Shown here piece by piece: positions 17,652 through 26,439 of a stretch of DNA of 64,000 bases. The stretch lies in the IMG/VR virus record IMGVR_UViG_3300021077_000115, positions 110,064 through 174,063 of that record; one strand, written 5' to 3'. Position numbers and translations under genes: made by a program. The notes under the pieces are model-generated. The model was not told the DNA's origin and did no database searches. It saw nothing but the letters and a program-made list of their open reading frames with translations. Origin of the DNA: a virus. Each line of letters begins with the position of its first letter. Position 1 is the stretch's first letter.

Positions 17652-18206
17652 CTACGCTGCCTTCGTCGTCTTCATTGCCTGCGCTGACTCGCCATCCACA
17701 ATGCTCATTGCGAATTGCAGAGCTTCCAACTCAGCAGCCTCAAGCTCCTTGGCTTCGGTCTCACGAGCCTTGAGAATCTGCTCGTTGATCCGAAAATGGA
17801 CTGACATATACCATTCGACGATTTCACCGATTGCTCGGACATGACCGTCACGGCAGTTGATACGAATCGAACCAATTGCCCTGTAGTTGCCCTTCTTGCT
17901 GTTGGTGCGATCCTTGTTCAGAATCCAAAGCACCGTGCCAGCTTTCTTCGCTGCCGCTTCGTGATTCCCCAGCAACGAGAGCTGAACCGTAGCTTCCAAC
18001 CCCATGGCAACGTTGCCAGCAATCCGCAACGATGTTCCACGGAAGGCCGACCTGCCATCGCTGGTCACTTCATTCTCGCACCACTTGAGCGATAGACCAG
18101 CTTGCGCCATGTCTTCACTGCCAACCTTGCGCCCACGAAGATCAATCATTGTTGATTCGGGAAGCTCAGGGCGATTGTAGGATTTGCGTGAATTGTAGTT
18201 TGACAT
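17652..18206 (-). CDS. hypothetical protein
   Basis: 184-aa ORF. Confidence 0.5.
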   Translation of the reverse strand: MSNYNSRKSYNRPELPESTMIDLRGRKVGSEDMAQAGLSLKWCENEVTSDGRSAFRGTSLRIAGNVAMGLEATVQLSLLGNHEAAAKKAGTVLWILNKDRTNSKKGNYRAIGSIRINCRDGHVRAIGEIVEWYMSVHFRINEQILKARETEAKELEAAELEALQFAMSIVDGESAQAMKTTKAA

Positions 18207-18331
18207 GATGATGTCTCCAATCGTTTACTTGATTTTACCAAAGAAGGTAGAAAGTTTATTGAACAACGATAGTGATAAGTGCGTTCGACTAGCGGCATGA
18301 GAACCGTTGATCACGTACTGTATGAATCCTC

Positions 18332-18706
18332 TCAATACAACCCAGCTCGAACTAGGCGAGCAATCGCCGCCATTTGGCGGGCTCGATACAGAGCGACCGC
18401 GCTGGGGTGTAGGCTACAGCCGCGAGGTTGGCCCGGGTGAGGATCTTTCCACCAGGGATGCGCGTGCGTCCCTGTTCTCCGCTGGATTGCCCTCGCCCGA
18501 CGACAGCCTGGCCTATTGGGATTTGCGGCATCGCGAGCCGCGCGTATGTCTGACACTGAGTAGGTAGTCATTGGTTCGCTTTCAGAAACCCGTATGGTCT
18601 CTCGTACGTCAGTGATCCTCAATGAGGTTTTACCTACAGTCAGGAAAACCTCTCCGCTGCCGTTGGTTTCAATTGTGAAATTGCCTACTTGAGCTATGTG
18701 TCTCAT
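18332..18706 (-). CDS. hypothetical protein
   Basis: 124-aa ORF. Confidence 0.35.
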   Translation of the reverse strand: MRHIAQVGNFTIETNGSGEVFLTVGKTSLRITDVRETIRVSESEPMTTYSVSDIRAARDAANPNRPGCRRARAIQRRTGTHAHPWWKDPHPGQPRGCSLHPSAVALYRARQMAAIARLVRAGLY

Positions 18707-18716
18707 TGCAAACTCC

Positions 18717-18941
18717 TTATGCAGCCAACTTGATCGTATCTTCGGTTGGAGTGATGTGATGCTTGTGCCCGTCCCAATGCGTTAGCACCAGTCCGTTATT
18801 TACAGCATCAGTTATGAACTTCACAAATGTTTCAGATGGAAATGTTTCCGTAACATACTCGCCGTTCGTTAGCGGCAATGTTATGTACATTCCATCATCC
18901 TTCATGATGACTAGCCCAACTCGATTGATATAGCTTTTCAT
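18717..18941 (-). CDS. hypothetical protein
   Basis: Starts at MKSYINR; cassette copy 4 lies upstream. Confidence 0.4.
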   Translation of the reverse strand: MKSYINRVGLVIMKDDGMYITLPLTNGEYVTETFPSETFVKFITDAVNNGLVLTHWDGHKHHITPTEDTIKLAA

Positions 18942-18973
18942 TTTCAAAATCTCCAAGAGTTGCGAAATGCAGC

Positions 18974-19018
18974 CTCTTAAATGCCAAAAGATCGCGCCTC
19001 TCCATAAGGAACGATCTT
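18974..19018 (-). promoter_or_regulatory. terminator hairpin + CTTTTGGCATTTAAGAG cassette (copy 4)
   Basis: AGATCG-loop-CGATCT hairpin adjacent to the motif. Confidence 0.45.
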
Positions 19019-19037
19019 CTGGTCTTAGAGTTTCCCC

Positions 19038-19232
19038 TCAATCTTTCTTGACCCTCAGTACACCATCAACTCCTTTGATGAGAATTACGGATGGTGTTGG
19101 TTTCGAACTGACGCGGATACGTGCAACTGATTTGCGAAGATTGGCAGTCTGTTCTAGTAGACTTGCCGCTCGTTGTAGCGAATCGCTTGCACGTTCGCAT
19201 CGTTCATGTGCTGTCTTCGTTTTGTCTGACAT
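19038..19232 (-). CDS. hypothetical protein
   Basis: 64-aa ORF. Confidence 0.35.
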   Translation of the reverse strand: MSDKTKTAHERCERASDSLQRAASLLEQTANLRKSVARIRVSSKPTPSVILIKGVDGVLRVKKD

Positions 19233-19299
19233 GATTCCCCCTTTGGGTTGTGCTTAGGGATACGTGGATAAGCTGTCCATGAAAAGCTCTTGCAACTCA

Positions 19300-19716
19300 T
19301 CAACATCTGATCCCCAAATGTCGTTTTGTATCAGCTCTGACCAAGTCAGCGTACTGATCGATGTTCTTGTAGTGATGAGCATTAGTGATCTGAGTCACTG
19401 CGTCATCAAGATCACGCTTACTTGCGAACTGAGCGATCATACCTTCGAAGTGGCATCGCTCAGCATTCAGAATCGTTGTTCCTTCGATTGCGAGATGGTA
19501 ACAACCGAACAGCTCAGGATTGGTTGTATGGAACTTCCATTGGGCTTCGTGCCTCACAACCTCGAATGCCCATGGTGTGCCTTCTTGGCAATCCTTCACC
19601 AGCCCCTTGCGCTGCATTTGATTGCAGATATTTTTTGGAACCGATGAGGCGTATGCACTGAACATCACATCTAACATTAGAAGCGCCAGTAGCACCGGCA
19701 AAACAATCTTTCGCAT
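19300..19716 (-). CDS. secreted protein
   Basis: Signal peptide MRKIVLPVLLALLMLDVMFSAYA; conserved C-rich leader element lies upstream. Confidence 0.5.
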   Translation of the reverse strand: MRKIVLPVLLALLMLDVMFSAYASSVPKNICNQMQRKGLVKDCQEGTPWAFEVVRHEAQWKFHTTNPELFGCYHLAIEGTTILNAERCHFEGMIAQFASKRDLDDAVTQITNAHHYKNIDQYADLVRADTKRHLGIRC

Positions 19717-19754
19717 ACATCCCTCCTGGATAGGGGTTTAAGCGTTGGGGTTCT

Positions 19755-19967
19755 CTAGTGAGGTACCCGGGAATTTTCTGGGGGACTTGAAGGTGTTTCC
19801 TTTTCGTCTTTGAGAAGCCTCTCTCGGAACTTGGCCATGGCCACAAGAGCACATGCATGTGCCATGTTCTCTGAAAGTGCTGGATTCTCTGCCATGATTG
19901 CGTCAACTACGGATTGAATTGAGTAGCTGGCAGCTAAGGGCTGCCCTGCAAGCTTTGCTTGATACAT
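19755..19967 (-). CDS. hypothetical protein
   Basis: 70-aa ORF. Confidence 0.35.
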   Translation of the reverse strand: MYQAKLAGQPLAASYSIQSVVDAIMAENPALSENMAHACALVAMAKFRERLLKDEKETPSSPPENSRVPH

Positions 19968-19985
19968 GTTACGCTCCCGTCACAT

Positions 19986-20426
19986 TCATGTGACGATATG
20001 TAGCGCTCGAAGAATTCTTGCGAGCAGCGTGTTGTGAGTAAGAACAACAGAAGATTGACTAGTGACGTGCTTGCAATAAATACGTTTCATTGCCTGCTCT
20101 TCCAACTGTTGCTCAATCGTGCTTTCTTCCACCCAACCCATCTCGCCCTTCGTGCCCAGTAAGCCTAGGCTCAACAACATGGAGCGACAGATCAGTAGGT
20201 CCGCCCAGATGCCCATGCGCCTGTCTAGGGTCACACGTTGACGGCTCAACGAGAATCGAATCTGCCTTGAGATGCGCGCTAGCTCTTGCTCAAGTCGAAA
20301 AATCTCGTCGCACAATGCAACCCGGCTGCGGTGCGTAGCGTCAAACCATGAAAGAGTCTTTTCAGGTTTTGGACATGGAATTGTTGGACAGCGAGATTCG
20401 TCTCGCACGTTGATGGATGATTGCAT
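19986..20426 (-). CDS. hypothetical protein
   Basis: GGGAGGAAATC-ATG RBS; conserved C-rich leader element lies upstream. Confidence 0.5.
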   Translation of the reverse strand: MQSSINVRDESRCPTIPCPKPEKTLSWFDATHRSRVALCDEIFRLEQELARISRQIRFSLSRQRVTLDRRMGIWADLLICRSMLLSLGLLGTKGEMGWVEESTIEQQLEEQAMKRIYCKHVTSQSSVVLTHNTLLARILRALHIVT

Positions 20427-20600
20427 GATTTCCTCCCTGTGTTTTTACCTACATCTACCCTCATAGTGGATATGGGGTTTAAGGTTTGGGGTGCCCGCTG
20501 TAGGTACCTGGGATCTACGGGGCAAAAAACGAAACTTTTCCTTTCGTTCACCCACACTCAGCCCTAGCACCGGAGTTTCTATCTCCGGCCCAGCACTCTC

Positions 20601-20637
20601 TCTTAAATGCCAAAAGCCCATCCAATCAAGGAGTGGG
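20601..20637 (-). promoter_or_regulatory. terminator hairpin + CTTTTGGCATTTAAGAG cassette (copy 5)
   Basis: Same architecture. Confidence 0.4.
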
Positions 20638-20884
20638 CGAGTTAGGTTTGACTAAAACAATCTGGTGAGTGCGTCCAATCAAGAGCAGTGGCCCATGCCT
20701 CAACTACCTTTGGTAAAAACCAACTGTTCAGTATTGACAGCCGCACGTGATTGTGTTTGTTCGACAAACGTTAGTGGATGAAGAGCCGGATATCTGTTCA
20801 GTATCACAACACGCTAAGTGTTTGATATCTGGTAGATTGAAGTTCGCATAACACACGTTATGTAAACTCCGGCCACTCAGTCTT

Positions 20885-20925
20885 CTTAAATGCCAAAAGC
20901 CCACACTCCGAAAAGTGCAGGCTCA
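20885..20925 (-). promoter_or_regulatory. terminator hairpin + CTTTTGGCATTTAAGAAG cassette (copy 6)
   Basis: Same architecture. Confidence 0.4.
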
Positions 20926-20953
20926 GGCATCACTCAACTCAGGACGAAAAATT

Positions 20954-22114
20954 TCAGGCGCTCTCAACTGCTTTATTTTGCTCGTTGCAATACCAAATGA
21001 TGTCAGCCTCTGTCACACCCGCGTCAACAAGCTGGCGTTCGTACTCGGCATGAACCTCGCCTAGGTTCCGATAAGTTGCACAGTAAGCCCACTTGTAATC
21101 GCGCTCAGCCGTTGTTTCGTTCTCGCCATTCTTGATGGCAATCTGCTTGGCAGCTTTACCAGCCGCATGCGCTTGCCCGCGCTTGACTTCGCGCTCGGTC
21201 TTCTGGCCAACCGTCTTGGCTGTGCCGTTGGTTCCAACGAAACGGCGCGCTGCCTTACGCTCACGCCATGCTACCAATCGTTCGGCATCATCAGGAAAGG
21301 CCGGCAAACCTGATAGAGTCTTGTAGTGAGCCTTGCGTGACTCTCCAAGCCCAGCACGGAATGGAGGAGTTGTAGGATCAGGTAGGTGGATTGCTCGAAT
21401 CCACGGCATCTCGGTTGCGCCATTCGTACCCAAGGCCCATGGATCAACCGCGCAAGCTGGAATGCCAACTGCTGCGCCGGCTTCGCCGCTCATCATAACG
21501 GCTGCAATGTCCTTCCGAAGGTCACGGCCAGCTGGGCCGTGCAAGTTCTTGTCAACCGTGTAGGCACTCATGTGCGTGGTTGCGACTGCGAAGGCTGCGA
21601 GATACACAGCCCGGTATGCATCAGGGTCACTGACCGGCGTGAGCCAAGACTTGTCCAGCTTCGGGAGATAGACAGTCAGCCCATGGATCGGAGCTTCGTG
21701 CTCACCCGGTTCTTCGACCGCATCATCAGGCTCATCGGCCGCATCATCCAGCTCGTTGAGCGGAAGGGGCAACTGCTCCGGTTCATCGTCCGGATGTGAT
21801 TCAAGTACGGTGTTGAATGCTGTCCAGATTGGCTCGTAGCCGAGCATTCGAACCTGCTCCTGTAGGCTGTTGTGAGCAGCAAACTGTGTTCCCGCTACTG
21901 CTGAAACATTTCGGCCGAGCAGTTCGGTCGAGCAGATAAACCGGCGCGGGATGACAACTCCGCTTGCATCGGTTGCGCGTTGCACAGTCAAAGCTAAGTG
22001 TGCCGATGTGAGTTCCTTGGTAACTTCGGCCTCTGTGTCGGCGATTAGAGCTAAAGTCTCTGGGGAAAGAGCTATGTTTTGGTTGACGTTCTGGTGAGCG
22101 AACGGTCTTGCCAT
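20954..22114 (-). CDS. hypothetical protein (386 aa, higher GC than surroundings)
   Basis: Long ORF, acidic central linker, composition noticeably more GC-rich than neighbours. Confidence 0.55.
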   Translation of the reverse strand: MARPFAHQNVNQNIALSPETLALIADTEAEVTKELTSAHLALTVQRATDASGVVIPRRFICSTELLGRNVSAVAGTQFAAHNSLQEQVRMLGYEPIWTAFNTVLESHPDDEPEQLPLPLNELDDAADEPDDAVEEPGEHEAPIHGLTVYLPKLDKSWLTPVSDPDAYRAVYLAAFAVATTHMSAYTVDKNLHGPAGRDLRKDIAAVMMSGEAGAAVGIPACAVDPWALGTNGATEMPWIRAIHLPDPTTPPFRAGLGESRKAHYKTLSGLPAFPDDAERLVAWRERKAARRFVGTNGTAKTVGQKTEREVKRGQAHAAGKAAKQIAIKNGENETTAERDYKWAYCATYRNLGEVHAEYERQLVDAGVTEADIIWYCNEQNKAVESA

Positions 22115-22148
22115 GTGAGTTCTCCTGAGCGAATGGGCGAGTGAGGCC

Positions 22149-22187
22149 CTTTAAACGCCAAAAGCCCCACGGCTTGTGACCGTGGGG
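22149..22187 (-). promoter_or_regulatory. terminator hairpin + CTTTTGGCGTTTAAAG cassette (copy 7)
   Basis: CCCCACGG-loop-CCGTGGGG hairpin adjacent to the motif. Confidence 0.4.
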
Positions 22188-22204
22188 TTCCTAGCGTGCG
22201 TTAC

Positions 22205-22660
22205 TTACTCGGCTGACTTGCGGGTTCGGACTGGGAGGCCGATCTCGGTGGCCTTCGCATTGAAGCCGGCCCAGAACGCGGAGTAGTATGCTTCGCGGTT
22301 CAAGCCGAACTTACCACCGGTCTTGGTCTGCGGGTCGTATGCCAGGCCAGCAGCCTTAGTAGCAGCGCGGGCTGCCTTGAAACACTCGGTCTCCTTGGCT
22401 TTGGCCACGAAGTCAATGGGTTCCGACTTGGTAGCCGGAGCAGTAACCACTGGGGCCGCCTTGGCCTTGACGACTGCCGGCTTGGTAGCCGCAGCGGGCT
22501 TGACTTCTGAGCCGGCCAAGATATCCAGGATCATCTGGCGCGATCCAGAAACAACCTTGCCGTTGATTGTGACGCTAACCACGTCAGAAACTGGAGCGGT
22601 CAGGGTGGGGACGATGCTGTTGGCGAACGTGTTACGAGCGGTAGCTTTGCGAGTTGTCAT
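22205..22660 (-). CDS. hypothetical protein with Ala/Lys/Pro-rich linker
   Basis: 151 aa; last gene of the minus block. Confidence 0.5.
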   Translation of the reverse strand: MTTRKATARNTFANSIVPTLTAPVSDVVSVTINGKVVSGSRQMILDILAGSEVKPAAATKPAVVKAKAAPVVTAPATKSEPIDFVAKAKETECFKAARAATKAAGLAYDPQTKTGGKFGLNREAYYSAFWAGFNAKATEIGLPVRTRKSAE

Positions 22661-23150
22661 GGTGTTTTCTCCTAACGAAACGTGATGTTATTGAGCGAAA
22701 CGATTCAGGTAATTAGTAAAAACGAATCAAACGAACCGTCGTCTCACCAATTCAAATCCCTCGGAATCTCCGGTCGAAGAATCGGATATAGTGTCTCCGG
22801 CTGGCTAGGCGGATTGTAGGGGGTATGGGCTGGTTGGGTCAGGCGGCCGGCCGGGCCACCTCAAAAGGTACATCTGGCAGATTCAGCTCTGGCAGATTCA
22901 GATATGCACGCCCTGGCAGGCTTTTTAGTTACGCGCCGCCAATGTTCAAGCATACCACACCTGATTCATGTAGATTCTCATCCCCTAGTCTATCTTCTAT
23001 CTTCTTGTTCTGGTTTATGATAGAGTTCATTTCTATCCCTTCTATTCTTTATTCGGCCTCTTGGCTGATTTTTTCTAGGCTGAATTGGGATAGTTTGATT
23101 ATGACGATGGTGTGATTTATCTCACCTATTTTTACCAAAGAGTAAATATT
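22661..23150. promoter_or_regulatory. divergent-transcription switch region (candidate divergent promoters/origin)
   Basis: About 490 bp without credible ORFs between the minus and plus blocks. Direct repeat CTGGCAGATTCAG x2 (22873-22905), AT-rich pyrimidine tract 22960-23060, ends with TTTTTACCAAAGAGTAAATATTTT motif. Confidence 0.4.
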
Positions 23151-23486
23151 TTATGTTGAAAAGGAACTCGGTGAGTTGAGTACTCGATTGGTTAGTGGAG
23201 CTAAATGGTTCAAAGTGGAAGGAAGTGGTGTGAAATTCCAGGAAGAACTAACTCTTTTTTCTTAAAAGAGCTGGGTAATTTGATTTGTACAATATCTCCC
23301 AATAGATAATTTATCACCTATAACTACGTTATGAGGGAGATCTTAGAAATTAGATCTGATATAGAAAAATCCAATGATTTCGCGTAGTTGAATGTGGGTA
23401 TTGACTGAAAGCGGTGTAGAGGGGTAAGATGGGCAGATTTTTGATTGGAGAAATAGTTTAGATGAAATATTACAAGCGATTGAAGA

Positions 23487-23708
23487 ATGAGTATGCTTTC
23501 TTGCTTGGGGAAGAGGGTAAGGATTGCCGGAGTGGTACGGGTATTGGGATGTTTGATAGCGTTGCTAAAGGGGATACGTGAAATCGAGGGAGTAACGGAT
23601 GATTGGAGTGAGAAGGAGGCGTGCAAGTGGCACGATTACTTGTTGGCGTTTGAGGGATGGGTGGAGGCGATGCCGCGGATGGAGTTTTTTATAGGGAAGG
23701 GGAGATAA
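23487..23708 (+). CDS. hypothetical protein
   Basis: 73 aa within a purine-rich stretch. Confidence 0.3.
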   Translation: MSMLSCLGKRVRIAGVVRVLGCLIALLKGIREIEGVTDDWSEKEACKWHDYLLAFEGWVEAMPRMEFFIGKGR

Positions 23709-23712
23709 TTCG

Positions 23713-24054
23713 GTGTACTTACCATGTAAGCTACCGATTATATCATTGCTTGAGTGGAGTCCATTCGAGAATTCGGTATGGAGTTTCAGGCGGCCGATTA
23801 CGCGGTTGGGGGTGACGGAGAGTATTGAGCGTGGTGAATTGGAAGGGCGGCCGTACAGTTGGAAGGGTAAATGGAAGCGGATCGATCATATTCGGCGGAT
23901 AGCGTATTTGGTAGTGGATGATAATCATGAACTGCGTGGTTTATGTGTAGGTTTGAAGATGGCTTTGCGTAGAAGTAGGGATGTATTATCGGAACAAGAC
24001 TCTGTAATTAAGAAGTTGGCAATGTCTGGTGGGAAGTCCCAAATATCTTGTTGA
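23713..24054 (+). CDS. paralog family member 1 (C-terminal LSEQDSVIKKL...SGGKSQISC)
   Basis: Shares its C-terminal coiled-coil module with the next three ORFs. Confidence 0.5.
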   Translation: MYLPCKLPIISLLEWSPFENSVWSFRRPITRLGVTESIERGELEGRPYSWKGKWKRIDHIRRIAYLVVDDNHELRGLCVGLKMALRRSRDVLSEQDSVIKKLAMSGGKSQISC

Positions 24055-24352
24055 TATGTATACATCGATTGGTTTCATTATTCTGGGTATCTTTTTGGGC
24101 AATGTGTTCAAGAGATCTAAGAAGACCAAGCTAGAAGATATAGAAGAAGAGAAGAATAATTATTACGCAGAGTTAATTTCAGCTAAAAATGATATTTCTG
24201 AACTGAGAAATCAGAATTTAAATCTTCGCAAGATGATTCGTATCATGAAGATAGCTTTACTTCGTAGCAAATCTACGTTATCAGAGCAGGATGTAGTTAT
24301 TAGGAAATTGGTATCTGGTAGTTCTTCATCTGGAAAGACTCCATCATGTTGA
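24029..24352 (+). CDS. paralog family member 2 (N-terminal TM helix)
   Basis: C-terminus LSEQDVVIRKLVSGSSSSGKTPSC. Confidence 0.5.
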   Translation: MGSPKYLVDMYTSIGFIILGIFLGNVFKRSKKTKLEDIEEEKNNYYAELISAKNDISELRNQNLNLRKMIRIMKIALLRSKSTLSEQDVVIRKLVSGSSSSGKTPSC

Positions 24353-24837
24353 ATAGGAAGAAGAATTTAGGTTTACCTGAAGAACAAAGGATGGCCATTC
24401 TTGATCGGGCCATTGGGCGTGTCAACCATGGCGGCCATGTGGTGACCGCCATTCAGCAAGCGTTGGAGATACTAGCGAGGGGTGAGGCTGAGTTTTTACA
24501 TAAGCCAGCTTTACCTACGATAGAGTTAGAGATAAATGAGGCTAGGGCACAGCGTATTGGGTGGAGGCAAGAGGCCCGCCTTGAGGCGGAGATGAATAAG
24601 GCTGGTTGGGTTAGGAAATACAAAGCCGATAATGATGTTAGGTATTTCCAAGAACAAGTTAATGTTCTGAATCAAAATAGACATCTTATGCTCAAAGATA
24701 TTGGCACTCTGCAAGACTTGAATGATCAATTGCGGGAAGTTGTAGAGAAGCTGCGTTCTAAACTGGTTGAACAAGATGAAGTAATCGGGAAGTTGGCAAT
24801 TCTTCTGGCAAGAAGACTTCATTATGTTGAAGTTTGA
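24346..24837 (+). CDS. paralog family member 3
   Basis: C-terminus LRSKLVEQDEVIGKLAILLARRL. Confidence 0.5.
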   Translation: MLNRKKNLGLPEEQRMAILDRAIGRVNHGGHVVTAIQQALEILARGEAEFLHKPALPTIELEINEARAQRIGWRQEARLEAEMNKAGWVRKYKADNDVRYFQEQVNVLNQNRHLMLKDIGTLQDLNDQLREVVEKLRSKLVEQDEVIGKLAILLARRLHYVEV

Positions 24838-25285
24838 GAAGAGGAAGTTTGGAGTTCCGATTTATGGAAGGCCTATTTCATCTGGGATAGAGCCAACGCC
24901 GGCATTGACTTACATTAGGAGAACTCAGAGGATAAGAGAGAAAGATGAAATTGAGGCCAAGGAATTAGATAAAAGGCTGGCCAGAGTATTCGGAGAAGAA
25001 TCTTCTTGGGAGCAGCGTTTCAACTTCAAATATCCTCAAGATTCAATTATGATGAGTGATGATACTACCTTTTATAGTAGGTCTCCTACCCGTCGCGCGT
25101 TGGATGAGAGTTGGAGTGAAAGGGAAAGAGTTCGCCTTATAGGTTACTCTAATGATCTTGAATCTTTGAATATTGAATTGCGCTCTATGATAGATAAGCT
25201 TCGTGCCAAACTGGTTGAACAAGACGAAGTAATAGGAAAGTTGATTAGTGGTAATTCTTCTGGAAAGAAGGTATCTATATGTTGA
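24824..25285 (+). CDS. paralog family member 4
   Basis: C-terminus LRAKLVEQDEVIGKLISGNSSGKKVSIC. Confidence 0.5.
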   Translation: MLKFEKRKFGVPIYGRPISSGIEPTPALTYIRRTQRIREKDEIEAKELDKRLARVFGEESSWEQRFNFKYPQDSIMMSDDTTFYSRSPTRRALDESWSERERVRLIGYSNDLESLNIELRSMIDKLRAKLVEQDEVIGKLISGNSSGKKVSIC

Positions 25286-25593
25286 ATATATTTGATTTGG
25301 TTGCCAAGAGATTTAGGAGACCCAATAAAGAATCTTCTATTAAGGCATCTTCTAGTGTTCCTATTAGGGCGTCTTCTAATGTACCTATTAAGGAACCATC
25401 GCAATTGGAATTATTACGATGGATTATTGGGATACGGTTAGATACTGTATCAGTCAATCTTCGTTTAATTGACATGTTGCTTGAGAAGTTACCTGAGAAA
25501 CCTGACAATATGGATTCTGCGAGATCTAATATTGACAGTGCAATTGAGACATTGGAGTTGGTACTGGAAGATTTGAAGAATTACGGGTCCTAA
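25279..25593 (+). CDS. hypothetical protein
   Basis: 104 aa; internal repeat ASSSVPIRASSNVPIK. Confidence 0.45.
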   Translation: MLNIFDLVAKRFRRPNKESSIKASSSVPIRASSNVPIKEPSQLELLRWIIGIRLDTVSVNLRLIDMLLEKLPEKPDNMDSARSNIDSAIETLELVLEDLKNYGS

Positions 25594-25603
25594 GGAAGGT
25601 ATT

Positions 25604-25801
25604 ATGATGTCACCGCAACAAGAAGAGATACGTGAACGCCGAAGGACTCCGCACAATCCTATTCATATAGTTCCGCCGATTCCAACGCCGAGTATTCCTA
25701 CACCTGAGATACGGGCACCGAAGATAGATGATCTATTGGAAGAGATAGATGATTTACTGCGCAAGAAGTTGCCTGACAGGTATGATCCATGTAAGTGTTG
25801 A
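25604..25801 (+). CDS. hypothetical protein
   Basis: 65 aa, Pro-rich, DDLLEEIDDLL repeat. Confidence 0.4.
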   Translation: MMSPQQEEIRERRRTPHNPIHIVPPIPTPSIPTPEIRAPKIDDLLEEIDDLLRKKLPDRYDPCKC

Positions 25802-25987
25802 GGTTGAGTAATGGAACCTGTAAAAATCATCTTGAGCCATGATGAATTTGTTATAATCATGGGTAATATTGCATGCGGTAGGCTTGGGATTCCAGATAAA
25901 AGGGTTCATGCTGAATTGAATATCGTAAACAAGAGTGGTCGTGTTGAGGTTGTTGAGATTACGATATCGGATTGGGAAGGATGAATT

Positions 25988-26170
25988 ATGATAAAGCATT
26001 TACCTATCCACATTGGTGTAACAACATGTGCGGCAAATGATGGTAGTGGTAAGGAATGTCCTTGTTTCGTAAATGATCAAGGGTGGAAATGCCAGAATTA
26101 TTATACAGACCTTACGGTTGGCTCTAATGGAGTTGAGCGTTGTGAGGAATGTCTTAAAGAATTAGGTTGA
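25988..26170 (+). CDS. small Cys-rich protein
   Basis: 60 aa, 7 Cys. Confidence 0.35.
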   Translation: MIKHLPIHIGVTTCAANDGSGKECPCFVNDQGWKCQNYYTDLTVGSNGVERCEECLKELG

Positions 26171-26208
26171 TACATTATCTGAGTTATTTTTACCAAAGAG
26201 TATATTTT

Positions 26209-26436
26209 ATGAAAATTCAAGTTTTGACATTTCAGCGGTTAGAGACAACGATAGACGTACCTGATCCATGGGTGGCGATTGCTCTTGATATGCCATGGCC
26301 GGTTCCAGTGCAATGGAAGCGTTATTACGGTAATACACCTGAGGCGGCCAAGGCTAGTTTGATAAGTGATATCAGGCGATGGCTAGCTGAGCACATTAAT
26401 CCTAGTATTACTGAAGTTGAGATAACTAAAGGATAG
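26209..26436 (+). CDS. hypothetical protein
   Basis: ATG directly after TTTTTACCAAAGAGTATATTTT motif. Confidence 0.5.
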   Translation: MKIQVLTFQRLETTIDVPDPWVAIALDMPWPVPVQWKRYYGNTPEAAKASLISDIRRWLAEHINPSITEVEITKG

Positions 26437-26439
26437 AGA

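Noticed and set aside
21061-21882. Internal and antisense ORFs within 20954..22114 (21061..21264, 21132..21326, 21271..21468, 21333..21563, 21386..21799, 21676..21882)
   Set aside because: The high GC of this gene generates long spurious frames. None has independent start signals.
22661-23150. DnaA-box or iteron origin
   Set aside because: No TTATCCACA-type boxes were found. Only a 13-nt direct repeat, so an origin call is not supportable from sequence alone.
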